A stretch of DNA of 25,438 nt from a virus. Positions within the stretch are counted from its first letter, which is position 1. Every line of letters starts with the position of its first letter. This document shows, piece by piece, positions 17,146 through 24,449 of the stretch. Location of the stretch: positions 1-25,438 of the IMG/VR virus record IMGVR_UViG_3300045988_055713. One strand, 5' to 3'. The position numbers and the translations under genes are program-made. The notes below the pieces were generated by a model. That model did no database searches. It was not told the DNA's origin and worked only from the letters and a program-made list of their open reading frames with translations.

Positions 17146-18198
17146 TTATTGCATATATTTTTCATGACTAGATTTAACATTTGAATTTTTAACTTTGGCA
17201 TAAATCAATGTTGTATCAATTTGCTCATGTCCTAACATAATTTGTACTTCCTCAATTGGCATTCCTTTATTCAATGCAACTGTTGCAGCGGTTCTTCTAA
17301 ATTTATGAGGATATGCTTCAATGCCTAGTTTTTTTCCTAAATTTCTTATCATTACTTCCAAACAACTAACATTAATTTTTTCTAAATCTGATGTGAGAAC
17401 TGGAGTGAATATGTATTCACTCTCTTTGTTTCGATAATTCAAATATTCTTTTAATTTCATTGCGCTTCTAACATTTAAATAACAAACTCGTTCTTTATTG
17501 CCTTTACCAACAACTTTCATTTCTCGCTTTTCCAGATTTAGATCACATAACTTAGCACCTGTGATTTCTCCTGCTCTGCATCCAGTTGATAAAAGAACTT
17601 CAAATAGAGCAATATTTCTGATTGTTTTTTTATATTTTGTTGTTCCCTTAATTGATTTATTTTTTTGCTTGTTAAGTTCATCACGCATCATTTCAATTTC
17701 TAATTCAGTGAATGGCTTTCTTATATTTTTGTCTTCTTTTATTTTCTTAACTGCACACATTGGATTGCTTCTTATATAGTCGTTTTCTACGAGCCATGTA
17801 AAAAACGATGAGAAATTACGTCTTTCATTATTTAATGACGTTTTCTTTAATTCAGGATAATCAAGCATACGCTTTGCAAAATGCATACGTATGTCATCTT
17901 TTGTAAAATCAACAACACTCTTTTTAATATATTCATGAAGCCATGTATTAAGGGTGTACGCATAAAACTTGATTGTTCTATCACTACAACCGTCAATTTT
18001 TTTACTAACTAAAAACATTTTTATTAAATCGTCATCATTGCTAACATAGGTTGATACTTCATTTTTACATTCAATAATTTCAGAGCCTTCAAGCGCTATG
18101 TATAGTATTCCTCTAACTTTCACTAATTGTTCAGGTTCTAAATCTTTAACTAACAATGCCATGCATTTGTTTATAAATTCATCCTTCACATAATTCAC
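17146..18198 (-). CDS. Site-specific tyrosine recombinase (phage integrase / XerC-XerD family)
   Basis: Complete catalytic set: STGCRAGEI (Arg I), GKGNKER (Lys), PHKFRRT (HxxR), LGHEQIDTTLIYAKV (His and Tyr). N-terminal SAM-like core-binding region is present. The start is uncertain (GTG 18198 or GTG 18189) with no good SD, and it overlaps the upstream ORF by 20 nt. Confidence 0.85.
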   Translation of the reverse strand: MNYVKDEFINKCMALLVKDLEPEQLVKVRGILYIALEGSEIIECKNEVSTYVSNDDDLIKMFLVSKKIDGCSDRTIKFYAYTLNTWLHEYIKKSVVDFTKDDIRMHFAKRMLDYPELKKTSLNNERRNFSSFFTWLVENDYIRSNPMCAVKKIKEDKNIRKPFTELEIEMMRDELNKQKNKSIKGTTKYKKTIRNIALFEVLLSTGCRAGEITGAKLCDLNLEKREMKVVGKGNKERVCYLNVRSAMKLKEYLNYRNKESEYIFTPVLTSDLEKINVSCLEVMIRNLGKKLGIEAYPHKFRRTAATVALNKGMPIEEVQIMLGHEQIDTTLIYAKVKNSNVKSSHEKYMQ

Positions 18199-18856
18199 AA
18201 CCTTTCACATACCACATCATCGTGCATAAAGTTTCGTTTTTTTCTTCTGCTAATGTATTGCCTTGAATAACTTTTGCAGGTATGCCACATAAATTAAATT
18301 GAACGTATGCCATATAAAAGCAGTTGTAATCTAAATCTTGAGCAGTAACTATCATCATGTCTTGATAATCAATTTTTCTTTTTTGCAATCCTTTAGCAAT
18401 TGCTAAGATGTTAGCACCACCGCCAACTGTAGGCTCACTAAGTATTATTTTTTTTCTGTCCCATTTGGTTAGCATTGACTCCGCCATAATTTCAGATACG
18501 TGAAATTGAGTGAAGAATTGTGCAGTTTTAACACTACTTGCTCCCAACATCATATATATTTCACCTAGATAATCTGATATTTCTTCGTCAAATAACATCA
18601 CTAATCGCGCTGACATTTCTGAAAACATATTTAATTGATCGTTTGTATATTTCTTCGCTATATCTAAATATTCATTCTCTAATTTATTATCAAAATAAAA
18701 TGAATTACTCATTGATAAAGCAAACATTTTAATCCAATCTTGGAATATTTGTCTTGGCTGATATCGTCCTGCCATGCAATTGATTATTTTTACGATTTCA
18801 TTCATCACGAAATTCTCACTTTCTGTAATTTGTGTATAATTACACATTTTTAACAA
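18179..18856 (-). CDS. N6-adenine DNA methyltransferase-like protein (HsdM/N6_Mtase-like) lacking catalytic motif IV; possibly truncated or non-catalytic
   Basis: The motifs occur in order: DYLGEIYMML, AQFFTQFHVSEIMAESM, LSEPTVGGGANILA (motif I), VTAQDLD, IQGNTL. The ORF then ends 23 aa later without NPPF/NPPY/DPPY. The start is uncertain: TTG 18856, ATG 18847 or ATG 18805. Confidence 0.55.
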   Translation of the reverse strand: MLKMCNYTQITESENFVMNEIVKIINCMAGRYQPRQIFQDWIKMFALSMSNSFYFDNKLENEYLDIAKKYTNDQLNMFSEMSARLVMLFDEEISDYLGEIYMMLGASSVKTAQFFTQFHVSEIMAESMLTKWDRKKIILSEPTVGGGANILAIAKGLQKRKIDYQDMMIVTAQDLDYNCFYMAYVQFNLCGIPAKVIQGNTLAEEKNETLCTMMWYVKGCELCEG

Positions 18857-18970
18857 GTGAAGGGAATGAAAGGTGAAATGTAGTTATAATCTCTATTTAT
18901 ATATATATTTATTTTTTATTTTTATTTAGAAATATAATATAACTAAGAAAATGCCTTCATACCCTTCACT
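18856..18970. repeat. Imperfect 17-bp inverted repeat flanking an 81-bp spacer of about 12% G+C (ori-like or switch-like element)
   Basis: Left arm is AGTGAAGGGAATGAAAG (18856-18872). The right arm's reverse complement is AGTGAAGGGTATGAAGG (18954-18970), a 15/17 match. The spacer has 10 G/C in 81 nt by my count. Confidence 0.7.
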
Positions 18971-18981
18971 ATTTAAGTAAC

Positions 18982-21456
18982 TTAAGTATTTTTGAGGTTA
19001 ACAAACACATTTCCATAATTCCTATGAACCTTTTCGACTGGCTTATCTGCTCGCCTAAATTCCTGTTCAATTCGTTTGAAGAATCTCTCTTTTGTTAAAA
19101 TGAACTTCTCCAAATATCCTTGGTCTAAATACCATCTTCTGTAATCCAAATAAATTTCATCAGGAGTTAATTCTTTTTCATCTTTAAAATCAAATTGTGC
19201 TGCAAACACAAATAAATGATTTCCTGCACCAAATAATTCCATATCCATATTCACATCACGAGGAATCGGAGTGTATTTATTACCATTGCGCACCAATCGA
19301 GCATATCCTTCAAGTGCATAGTTCAATATCGCACTTAGGCCTTCTCCTTCACACAAATGTTCAATGATTTGGTCATCTGCTGGAAATACCGAAATGTTAT
19401 CGGCCTTATCTTCATCGGGAGTAAACGAGTTGTACAATCTGTGTGTTGTTTTTGTGAATCGTCTTTGCCATCCATTTGTTTTATCTTTTGGATGAAAGCA
19501 TTCATTTGCATCAATAAAGATTGAAGCTCTTGGATGGAATGATACTGGTTCTTTATTTTTAACGTTTGTAGTAATCTTGTCATTCGTACATAAATTTTTC
19601 ATGATGTTCTCGTTTTCTGAAGTATCAGGCTTTGGATCGTGGAAGAAATTAACCCATTTTCCAATTAAACTCTGCAAACGAAACTCACGTGATAAGGCCT
19701 CAACTGGAATCGCACAACATAATGAATCGCCTAGCATCTTTTCAATGATTTCATTTAATTTAGACTTTCCATTTGAGCCATCACCAATCCACATCACCGC
19801 TTTACCTTCGATGTTTGTTGGATTAAATAAACTGCCTAAGTATTCCTTGAACCGATTAACCATGTTTTCTTCACCGCTTGGGTGATTTGCAAAAATTTGA
19901 TGTAGGAATAGCTTAATCTTTGAATCGTCTGCTTTAGGATTGTAGTCGTATTCCTGACAATAATCACAGTAATCTTTGATGTTGTGATTACGCTCAAATT
20001 TATATGGTTCTTCTGGATTATTCTTATCAAAATAAATCGTTCCGTTTGCCACATTGAAGCATTCTTTTTGATTAGGCATAGGCTCATTCTCATCCGTTGT
20101 CTGAACTTTGACCTTATCAATAATTGACTTCTCCTCATTATTGCGGACATCATACATACGCTCAAATGATTTACGAATGATAAATTCATTTACACTCTGC
20201 CAATGTGTACCGTTAAATCTGTACATTCCATTTGCTACATCGTGCCAAAGATCGTATTCATATTCTCGAATAAAGTCTGCAGCAATTTCATTTTGAGTTT
20301 TCGACCTATCAAGCATTTTGATAAGGTCCTTCCTATCACGAGAATTAAATGAAATGCATTCATTAATATAATCAATTACATGATTCTTTGTTTTTCGATT
20401 TAAATAAGGTGCTAATGGATTGATATATGCGTATAAGGAATCATAATCATCGAATTGACTTAGGTATTCTTTCATACCATCACGACTATGCTTTTCAAGT
20501 AATTCACTTGGTTTCAAGCCAACACAATATGCATCTGATATATCTTTAATTGGCTTTTTTCTGTATTCAGTTGGAATCGTTACGATTGTGAATTGTATGT
20601 TATGTTCAAAGCACGATTTGAACATTCTATGTGTAAATTGAGTACCACTTGAATCATTGTCGAAGCATAAGATTAATCGTTTGAAGTCTTTAGCGACTTG
20701 CATTACTGTTTGGATGTGTTTATTGCTCATTCCTGTAGCATTACATAATACTGATTCTCCTTCTTCCCAAAGAGATGCAAAATCAAATACACCCTCTGCA
20801 ATCCACAAATCATCGTTACCTCTATCTAAGGTATCGTATCCGTATAGTTCATTTTCACGATATGAACTAAAGCCAATTGTAGGCTTTTTGTATTTCGGAT
20901 AGTCTTTTGAAATTTTAGATGAGTCAAAAGCACGAGCACACCAATAAATTGGTTGACCATCTTTCCACACTGGAATGATGATTCTATCTGAATAAGGATC
21001 ATAACCACATTTATATTCATCTATAAAATCATCAAAAATTTGTCTGTTATGAAAGTATTGTCTGTGTTCAGGCTTCAAATTCTTATGATATTGCTCAACA
21101 TTTAAGCGTAAACGCTCCATGTCGGTCTTGTAATTGTCGATTTCTTCTTTACGATAATCATCATCGCCGATATTTAAACGATACAATAAATCAGAGAAAG
21201 CTTTTGAATTGTCACCGTTGTATTTTAAATAAGCATACATCGAGATAACATCTCCACCTTTTTTCGAGCTATGGCAATACCAGGAATCTTGCCAAACTTG
21301 GCATGATGTTGGATTAGTGCCGTCATGAGTAAATGATTTACATCTGCACGAATCTTCACCACTGCATCTTTGAGTTTCAATATTAAATTCATTTAATAAA
21401 TCAAAGCAGTTGATTTTGGATTTAATCAACTCGCTAGATTTTGCTCGTTTTTCCAT
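18982..21456 (-). CDS. Bifunctional DNA primase / SF3 helicase (DnaG-type Zn finger and TOPRIM, plus P4/D5-type NTPase)
   Basis: N-terminal CKSFTHDGTNPTSCQVWQDSWYCHSSKKGGDVISMY is a degenerate CHC2-like finger. TOPRIM-like LWIAEGVFDFASL and LCFDNDSSG. Walker A is WIGDGSNGKSKL. Start reset to ATG 21456 with AAAGGAG 9 nt upstream. Confidence 0.85.
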   Translation of the reverse strand: MEKRAKSSELIKSKINCFDLLNEFNIETQRCSGEDSCRCKSFTHDGTNPTSCQVWQDSWYCHSSKKGGDVISMYAYLKYNGDNSKAFSDLLYRLNIGDDDYRKEEIDNYKTDMERLRLNVEQYHKNLKPEHRQYFHNRQIFDDFIDEYKCGYDPYSDRIIIPVWKDGQPIYWCARAFDSSKISKDYPKYKKPTIGFSSYRENELYGYDTLDRGNDDLWIAEGVFDFASLWEEGESVLCNATGMSNKHIQTVMQVAKDFKRLILCFDNDSSGTQFTHRMFKSCFEHNIQFTIVTIPTEYRKKPIKDISDAYCVGLKPSELLEKHSRDGMKEYLSQFDDYDSLYAYINPLAPYLNRKTKNHVIDYINECISFNSRDRKDLIKMLDRSKTQNEIAADFIREYEYDLWHDVANGMYRFNGTHWQSVNEFIIRKSFERMYDVRNNEEKSIIDKVKVQTTDENEPMPNQKECFNVANGTIYFDKNNPEEPYKFERNHNIKDYCDYCQEYDYNPKADDSKIKLFLHQIFANHPSGEENMVNRFKEYLGSLFNPTNIEGKAVMWIGDGSNGKSKLNEIIEKMLGDSLCCAIPVEALSREFRLQSLIGKWVNFFHDPKPDTSENENIMKNLCTNDKITTNVKNKEPVSFHPRASIFIDANECFHPKDKTNGWQRRFTKTTHRLYNSFTPDEDKADNISVFPADDQIIEHLCEGEGLSAILNYALEGYARLVRNGNKYTPIPRDVNMDMELFGAGNHLFVFAAQFDFKDEKELTPDEIYLDYRRWYLDQGYLEKFILTKERFFKRIEQEFRRADKPVEKVHRNYGNVFVNLKNT

Positions 21457-21925
21457 TTTCAACTGCTCCTTTCTCTAATATTTCAACTATTTTGTTTCCA
21501 GTTTGATTTTTAGCACAAAACTGAAATTCAACATCATATACCATCTGCATTGTGTTTAGTATCTTAATTAATTGATTACCAGTAGTTGCTTTTGGTGATG
21601 TCTTTAACCTTGGATTGTGCCAATATCGAATATCATCAATACATTTAATTGCTGATGAATGTTCAATCAATACAATCACGTGTATACCTAACTCTTGTGC
21701 TCGTTCTAATTCTGCTTTGAATCGTTTATGATCATGCGTAACATTTCCAATGATTTCTTGAAGATTTTGTTTTCTATCGACAACCAAATACGGATTGGAT
21801 AAGAGTTGATAATCACCAACATAAAGCTTAGTGCGTACCAACTCATATCCTTTCTTTTTTATTTGTTCACTTAACGATTCAATAGCTTGAGGCTTTTCTC
21901 TTGTATCACAATAAATCGCATTCAT
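21434..21925 (-). CDS. ERCC4-type (XPF/Mus81-like) structure-specific nuclease
   Basis: CDTREK, then VGDYQL, then VVDRKQNLQEI, which parallels the DxRE / GDY / ERKxxxD signature with D and E swapped. Confidence 0.55.
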   Translation of the reverse strand: MNAIYCDTREKPQAIESLSEQIKKKGYELVRTKLYVGDYQLLSNPYLVVDRKQNLQEIIGNVTHDHKRFKAELERAQELGIHVIVLIEHSSAIKCIDDIRYWHNPRLKTSPKATTGNQLIKILNTMQMVYDVEFQFCAKNQTGNKIVEILEKGAVENGKTSKI

Positions 21926-22480
21926 TTAGAATGGTAAGTCGTCATTGGAAATATTGACTGGTTGAGGTGCAGTCGGTTGAGTCTGAACTGTTGGACCAGT
22001 ATATTTATCCAACTTCTTCAATTCAGGAACTTTGAATTTTCTGCTTTTAATTGTTTCAACATTAACAACTTTTTGAACAATTAAACGTGTACGCAATTCT
22101 CCTGCGTGAGCACCACCGGTTGGTACATATTCTTCTTCTTGAAGGATTAAACCGACTTTCTTTCCTTTTAAAGTTGATTCATCCCAATTCCATACATAGC
22201 CGACATTTGATTCTTCAACTGCTTTGATAAAGCCTTTAAACATTGATAAGGCCTTTTCTTTGTATGAGCGAATGAATACACCACCCCAGAAATTAATAGC
22301 TTTATATAAGTTTCGGTAGTAATCCGCAAATTCGTCTTCCGCAATATCGAATGAGACTTTCAAATATTCCTTATCTGATTCGTCTTTAGCCTCCATCAAT
22401 GTACAGATGTATCCTCCTGGTTTAAGTGAATCAAAATCACCACTTGCTTTAATTTCTTCAAAGTTTTCAATTTTCTTCAT
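21926..22480 (-). CDS. SSB-like protein (DUF669-like) with a canonical SSB C-terminal tip
   Basis: 184 aa. A Pro/Gln-rich linker (TGPTVQTQPTAPQPVN) is followed by the terminal DDLPF, as in the bacterial SSB acidic tip D-D-D-I-P-F. It lies next to the Sak4-like ATPase. Confidence 0.6.
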   Translation of the reverse strand: MKKIENFEEIKASGDFDSLKPGGYICTLMEAKDESDKEYLKVSFDIAEDEFADYYRNLYKAINFWGGVFIRSYKEKALSMFKGFIKAVEESNVGYVWNWDESTLKGKKVGLILQEEEYVPTGGAHAGELRTRLIVQKVVNVETIKSRKFKVPELKKLDKYTGPTVQTQPTAPQPVNISNDDLPF

Positions 22481-22494
22481 TTACTAAATCCTCC

Positions 22495-23166
22495 TTATTT
22501 TGAAACCTTTTTATCTAATTTATCGAATCCGTAATAATCACGAATCGTTGAATCGACTAGCTTTAAATCGTTGTCGATTTCATCCTCTTTAAACATTCCA
22601 ATAGGGCTTTTGCACGTGTCTGAACCACTGTTATGAGTTGTGAATGTGTATTTACCTTCTGTACATTTTGTCCCCAATACAATCGTTGCTAGAGACTCAG
22701 GAGACATATACTGCTCAACCATCTTGCCGACTGTTTTGGCTTTGTATGTTCCATTTGTATTGTCATATTCGTTATGCATTAAGAAATACACGATCACATC
22801 TCTAGGAGTATATCCACTGATATATTCCATTAAATCAGTCCAATGACGAGCAATCTCTGTGAATTTGTCGTAACCTTTTTCATTTGCTCTACTCATTAAT
22901 TCGAAAGCCATTAAAAATTGAGCGTCATCAACGATGTACAATTTGCATCTATCTTCGTTGACCGATAATGATTGGATATAAGATTTAATAGTCTCATATC
23001 TTTCAGTACCATTCTTGTCACGTAAATTCACGCAACTTAAATCTGATTTAAACGGCATTAATTTATTTGCCGTGTTAAAAACTAAACATTCTTCTTTTTT
23101 TAAATTCCTAAGTGAAGCTGATTTACCAGTTCCACTAGGACCAATACAAAGTACAATCTGACCCAT
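22495..23166 (-). CDS. P-loop ATPase, Sak4-like (RecA-core, AAA_24-like) recombination protein
   Basis: Walker A is IGPSGTGKSAS. Walker B is KLYIVDDAQF. About 220 aa. Flanked by a Gp157-like gene and an SSB-like gene. Confidence 0.6.
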   Translation of the reverse strand: MGQIVLCIGPSGTGKSASLRNLKKEECLVFNTANKLMPFKSDLSCVNLRDKNGTERYETIKSYIQSLSVNEDRCKLYIVDDAQFLMAFELMSRANEKGYDKFTEIARHWTDLMEYISGYTPRDVIVYFLMHNEYDNTNGTYKAKTVGKMVEQYMSPESLATIVLGTKCTEGKYTFTTHNSGSDTCKSPIGMFKEDEIDNDLKLVDSTIRDYYGFDKLDKKVSK

Positions 23167-23178
23167 GATTTAATCCTC

Positions 23179-23673
23179 CTACTTTAATGTTAAGTTAGTG
23201 TTTTCAACTAACTCTGCGCCATCAACTTTTTTGCCATTTGAAATAGCTGCTTTGATTCCAACTTTATCAATCGACCACATTTCTTTACATTTTTTGAAAT
23301 CACTAGAAATTAAATCTTCATCCAAAATATTTACTGATTTTGACTTTCTTGTTGATAATTTATTTTTAGCGGTTTCATATTTTTTGATTCCTTCATAGTC
23401 GAACATCATTAATACATATTCTTTTAGCGATTTAATTTTCTTTTCATTTTCTTTTTTTCGTTTGCTTAAATTATCAATTTCTTTTTTGATTCCATCGTTC
23501 AATGAATCAAGATTTTTGATATATCCTGAAATGCCGTCAATTTTTTCGTCAAATGCGATTTGCAAATCCATCAAATCATCTTCTTCAAATAAGATTTCGC
23601 CTGTTTCTTCATCTTCAGAAAATCCCTTTTCGATAATGTCTAAAATAGTTTTGTTAATTTCAAATAAATTCAT
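23179..23673 (-). CDS. Siphovirus Gp157-like protein
   Basis: 164 aa, acidic coiled coil (..EETGEILFEEDDLMDLQIAFDEKIDGISGYIKNL..). Sequence style and its position upstream of the Sak4-like ATPase match the Gp157 family. Confidence 0.5.
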   Translation of the reverse strand: MNLFEINKTILDIIEKGFSEDEETGEILFEEDDLMDLQIAFDEKIDGISGYIKNLDSLNDGIKKEIDNLSKRKKENEKKIKSLKEYVLMMFDYEGIKKYETAKNKLSTRKSKSVNILDEDLISSDFKKCKEMWSIDKVGIKAAISNGKKVDGAELVENTNLTLK

Positions 23674-23679
23674 ATTAAT

Positions 23680-23946
23680 TCACTCCTTTTTCAACCACTC
23701 TTTTACGAAGTAGCTATCATATTCTTTTTCAACTACACATTTTCCTTCTTTTCCAGGCATTTGATTGAACTCAAACGGAGTTACATCGATTGACTCAAAG
23801 AAGGCTTTGATTTCATTTAATTCAATTAACGCATGATTGATAAATTTAAAACCATCATCTGTGCGAATGCTCAACTTTGCTACACATTTAAATCCATCAC
23901 ACGTTTGAACTGTTTCATATCCGAAAACATAAAACTCAACGATCAT
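23680..23946 (-). CDS. Hypothetical protein (88 aa)
   Basis: Start reset to ATG 23946 (MIVEFYVF..). ATGA overlap with the upstream stop. SD is GGAGAGGAG. Confidence 0.6.
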   Translation of the reverse strand: MIVEFYVFGYETVQTCDGFKCVAKLSIRTDDGFKFINHALIELNEIKAFFESIDVTPFEFNQMPGKEGKCVVEKEYDSYFVKEWLKKE

Positions 23947-24197
23947 ATAAACTCCTCTCCACATGACGAACATTTGCGATAAACTTCAAATCCACAATCA
24001 TCATGATTTTTTTTGATAACATCTAAATCACCACCACAGAATGGACAAGTGTTATTGTTCAGGCATTCTTGGTCTAACCAATCAATATTGGCTTGAAGTA
24101 CATTTACTTCTTCTTTAAATTGTCCTGACTTTCTTAATTTATCTGCGATTTGTTGAAGTTCATGAGCTACATTATGTAAATCACTGTAATTAGTCAT
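23943..24197 (-). CDS. Hypothetical zinc-ribbon protein (84 aa)
   Basis: CPFCGG...x21...CSSCG are Cys4 pairs following an N-terminal helix. Confidence 0.6.
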   Translation of the reverse strand: MTNYSDLHNVAHELQQIADKLRKSGQFKEEVNVLQANIDWLDQECLNNNTCPFCGGDLDVIKKNHDDCGFEVYRKCSSCGEEFI

Positions 24198-24432
24198 TCA
24201 AAGGTCCTCGCATTCTTCTTAGGATTTCTTCTTTTAAAACAGTTTCAAATGCATTCGCTGCATTATTCAACGCTTTAGCTAAATCCAATTCACTCATCAT
24301 CAATGCTCTTGCAGTTTTGCTTTTATCGAACATTCCTTCAGGCTCAACTCTTAATGCGTATTTTGTATGTACTACGTTGACTCTAAAAACAATAAAATCT
24401 TCAGAATCATCATGCGTATGCTTCTCTACCAT
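24190..24432 (-). CDS. Hypothetical protein (80 aa)
   Basis: The track gives 111 aa from ATG 24525, which has no SD. The internal ATG 24432 (MVEKHTHDD..) has GGAAAGGA upstream, and the extra N-terminus would run through the inverted-repeat arm. Confidence 0.55.
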   Translation of the reverse strand: MVEKHTHDDSEDFIVFRVNVVHTKYALRVEPEGMFDKSKTARALMMSELDLAKALNNAANAFETVLKEEILRRMRGPLND

Positions 24433-24449
24433 ACATTTATTCCTTTCCA

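Noticed and set aside
16782-18178. Search for the missing C-terminal (NPPF-containing) half of the methyltransferase downstream of, or antisense to, the recombinase gene, which would suggest gene disruption or an inversion-assembled gene
   Set aside because: No NPPF, NPPY or DPPY motif appears in any listed frame. The downstream 115-aa ORF is a coiled-coil protein and the antisense ORF 17498..17779 is low complexity. There is therefore no evidence for a split or shufflon-type methyltransferase within this window.
18926-18946. dif/lox-like imperfect palindrome TTAGAAATAT-A-ATATAACTAA in the AT-rich spacer, as a core site for the recombinase
   Set aside because: The arms match 8/10 in 100% AT-biased sequence, which is expected by chance. 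Resemblance to Firmicute dif is limited to TAGAA and TATA runs.
18873-18953. TATAAT hexamers (18885-18890 and 18933-18938, plus strand) as evidence of an invertible promoter currently in the OFF orientation
   Set aside because: -10-like hexamers are unavoidable in a spacer of about 12% G+C. I found no properly spaced -35 or TG extension on either strand. The idea is kept only as one hypothesis in the finding.
3375-21020. Nested minus-strand ORFs in alternative frames (3375..3623, 8837..9025, 14093..14287, 19335..19583, 19836..20189, 20826..21020)
   Set aside because: They lie fully inside longer genes with recognisable domains (chaperone, portal, primase-helicase). They have no SD and an implausible composition.
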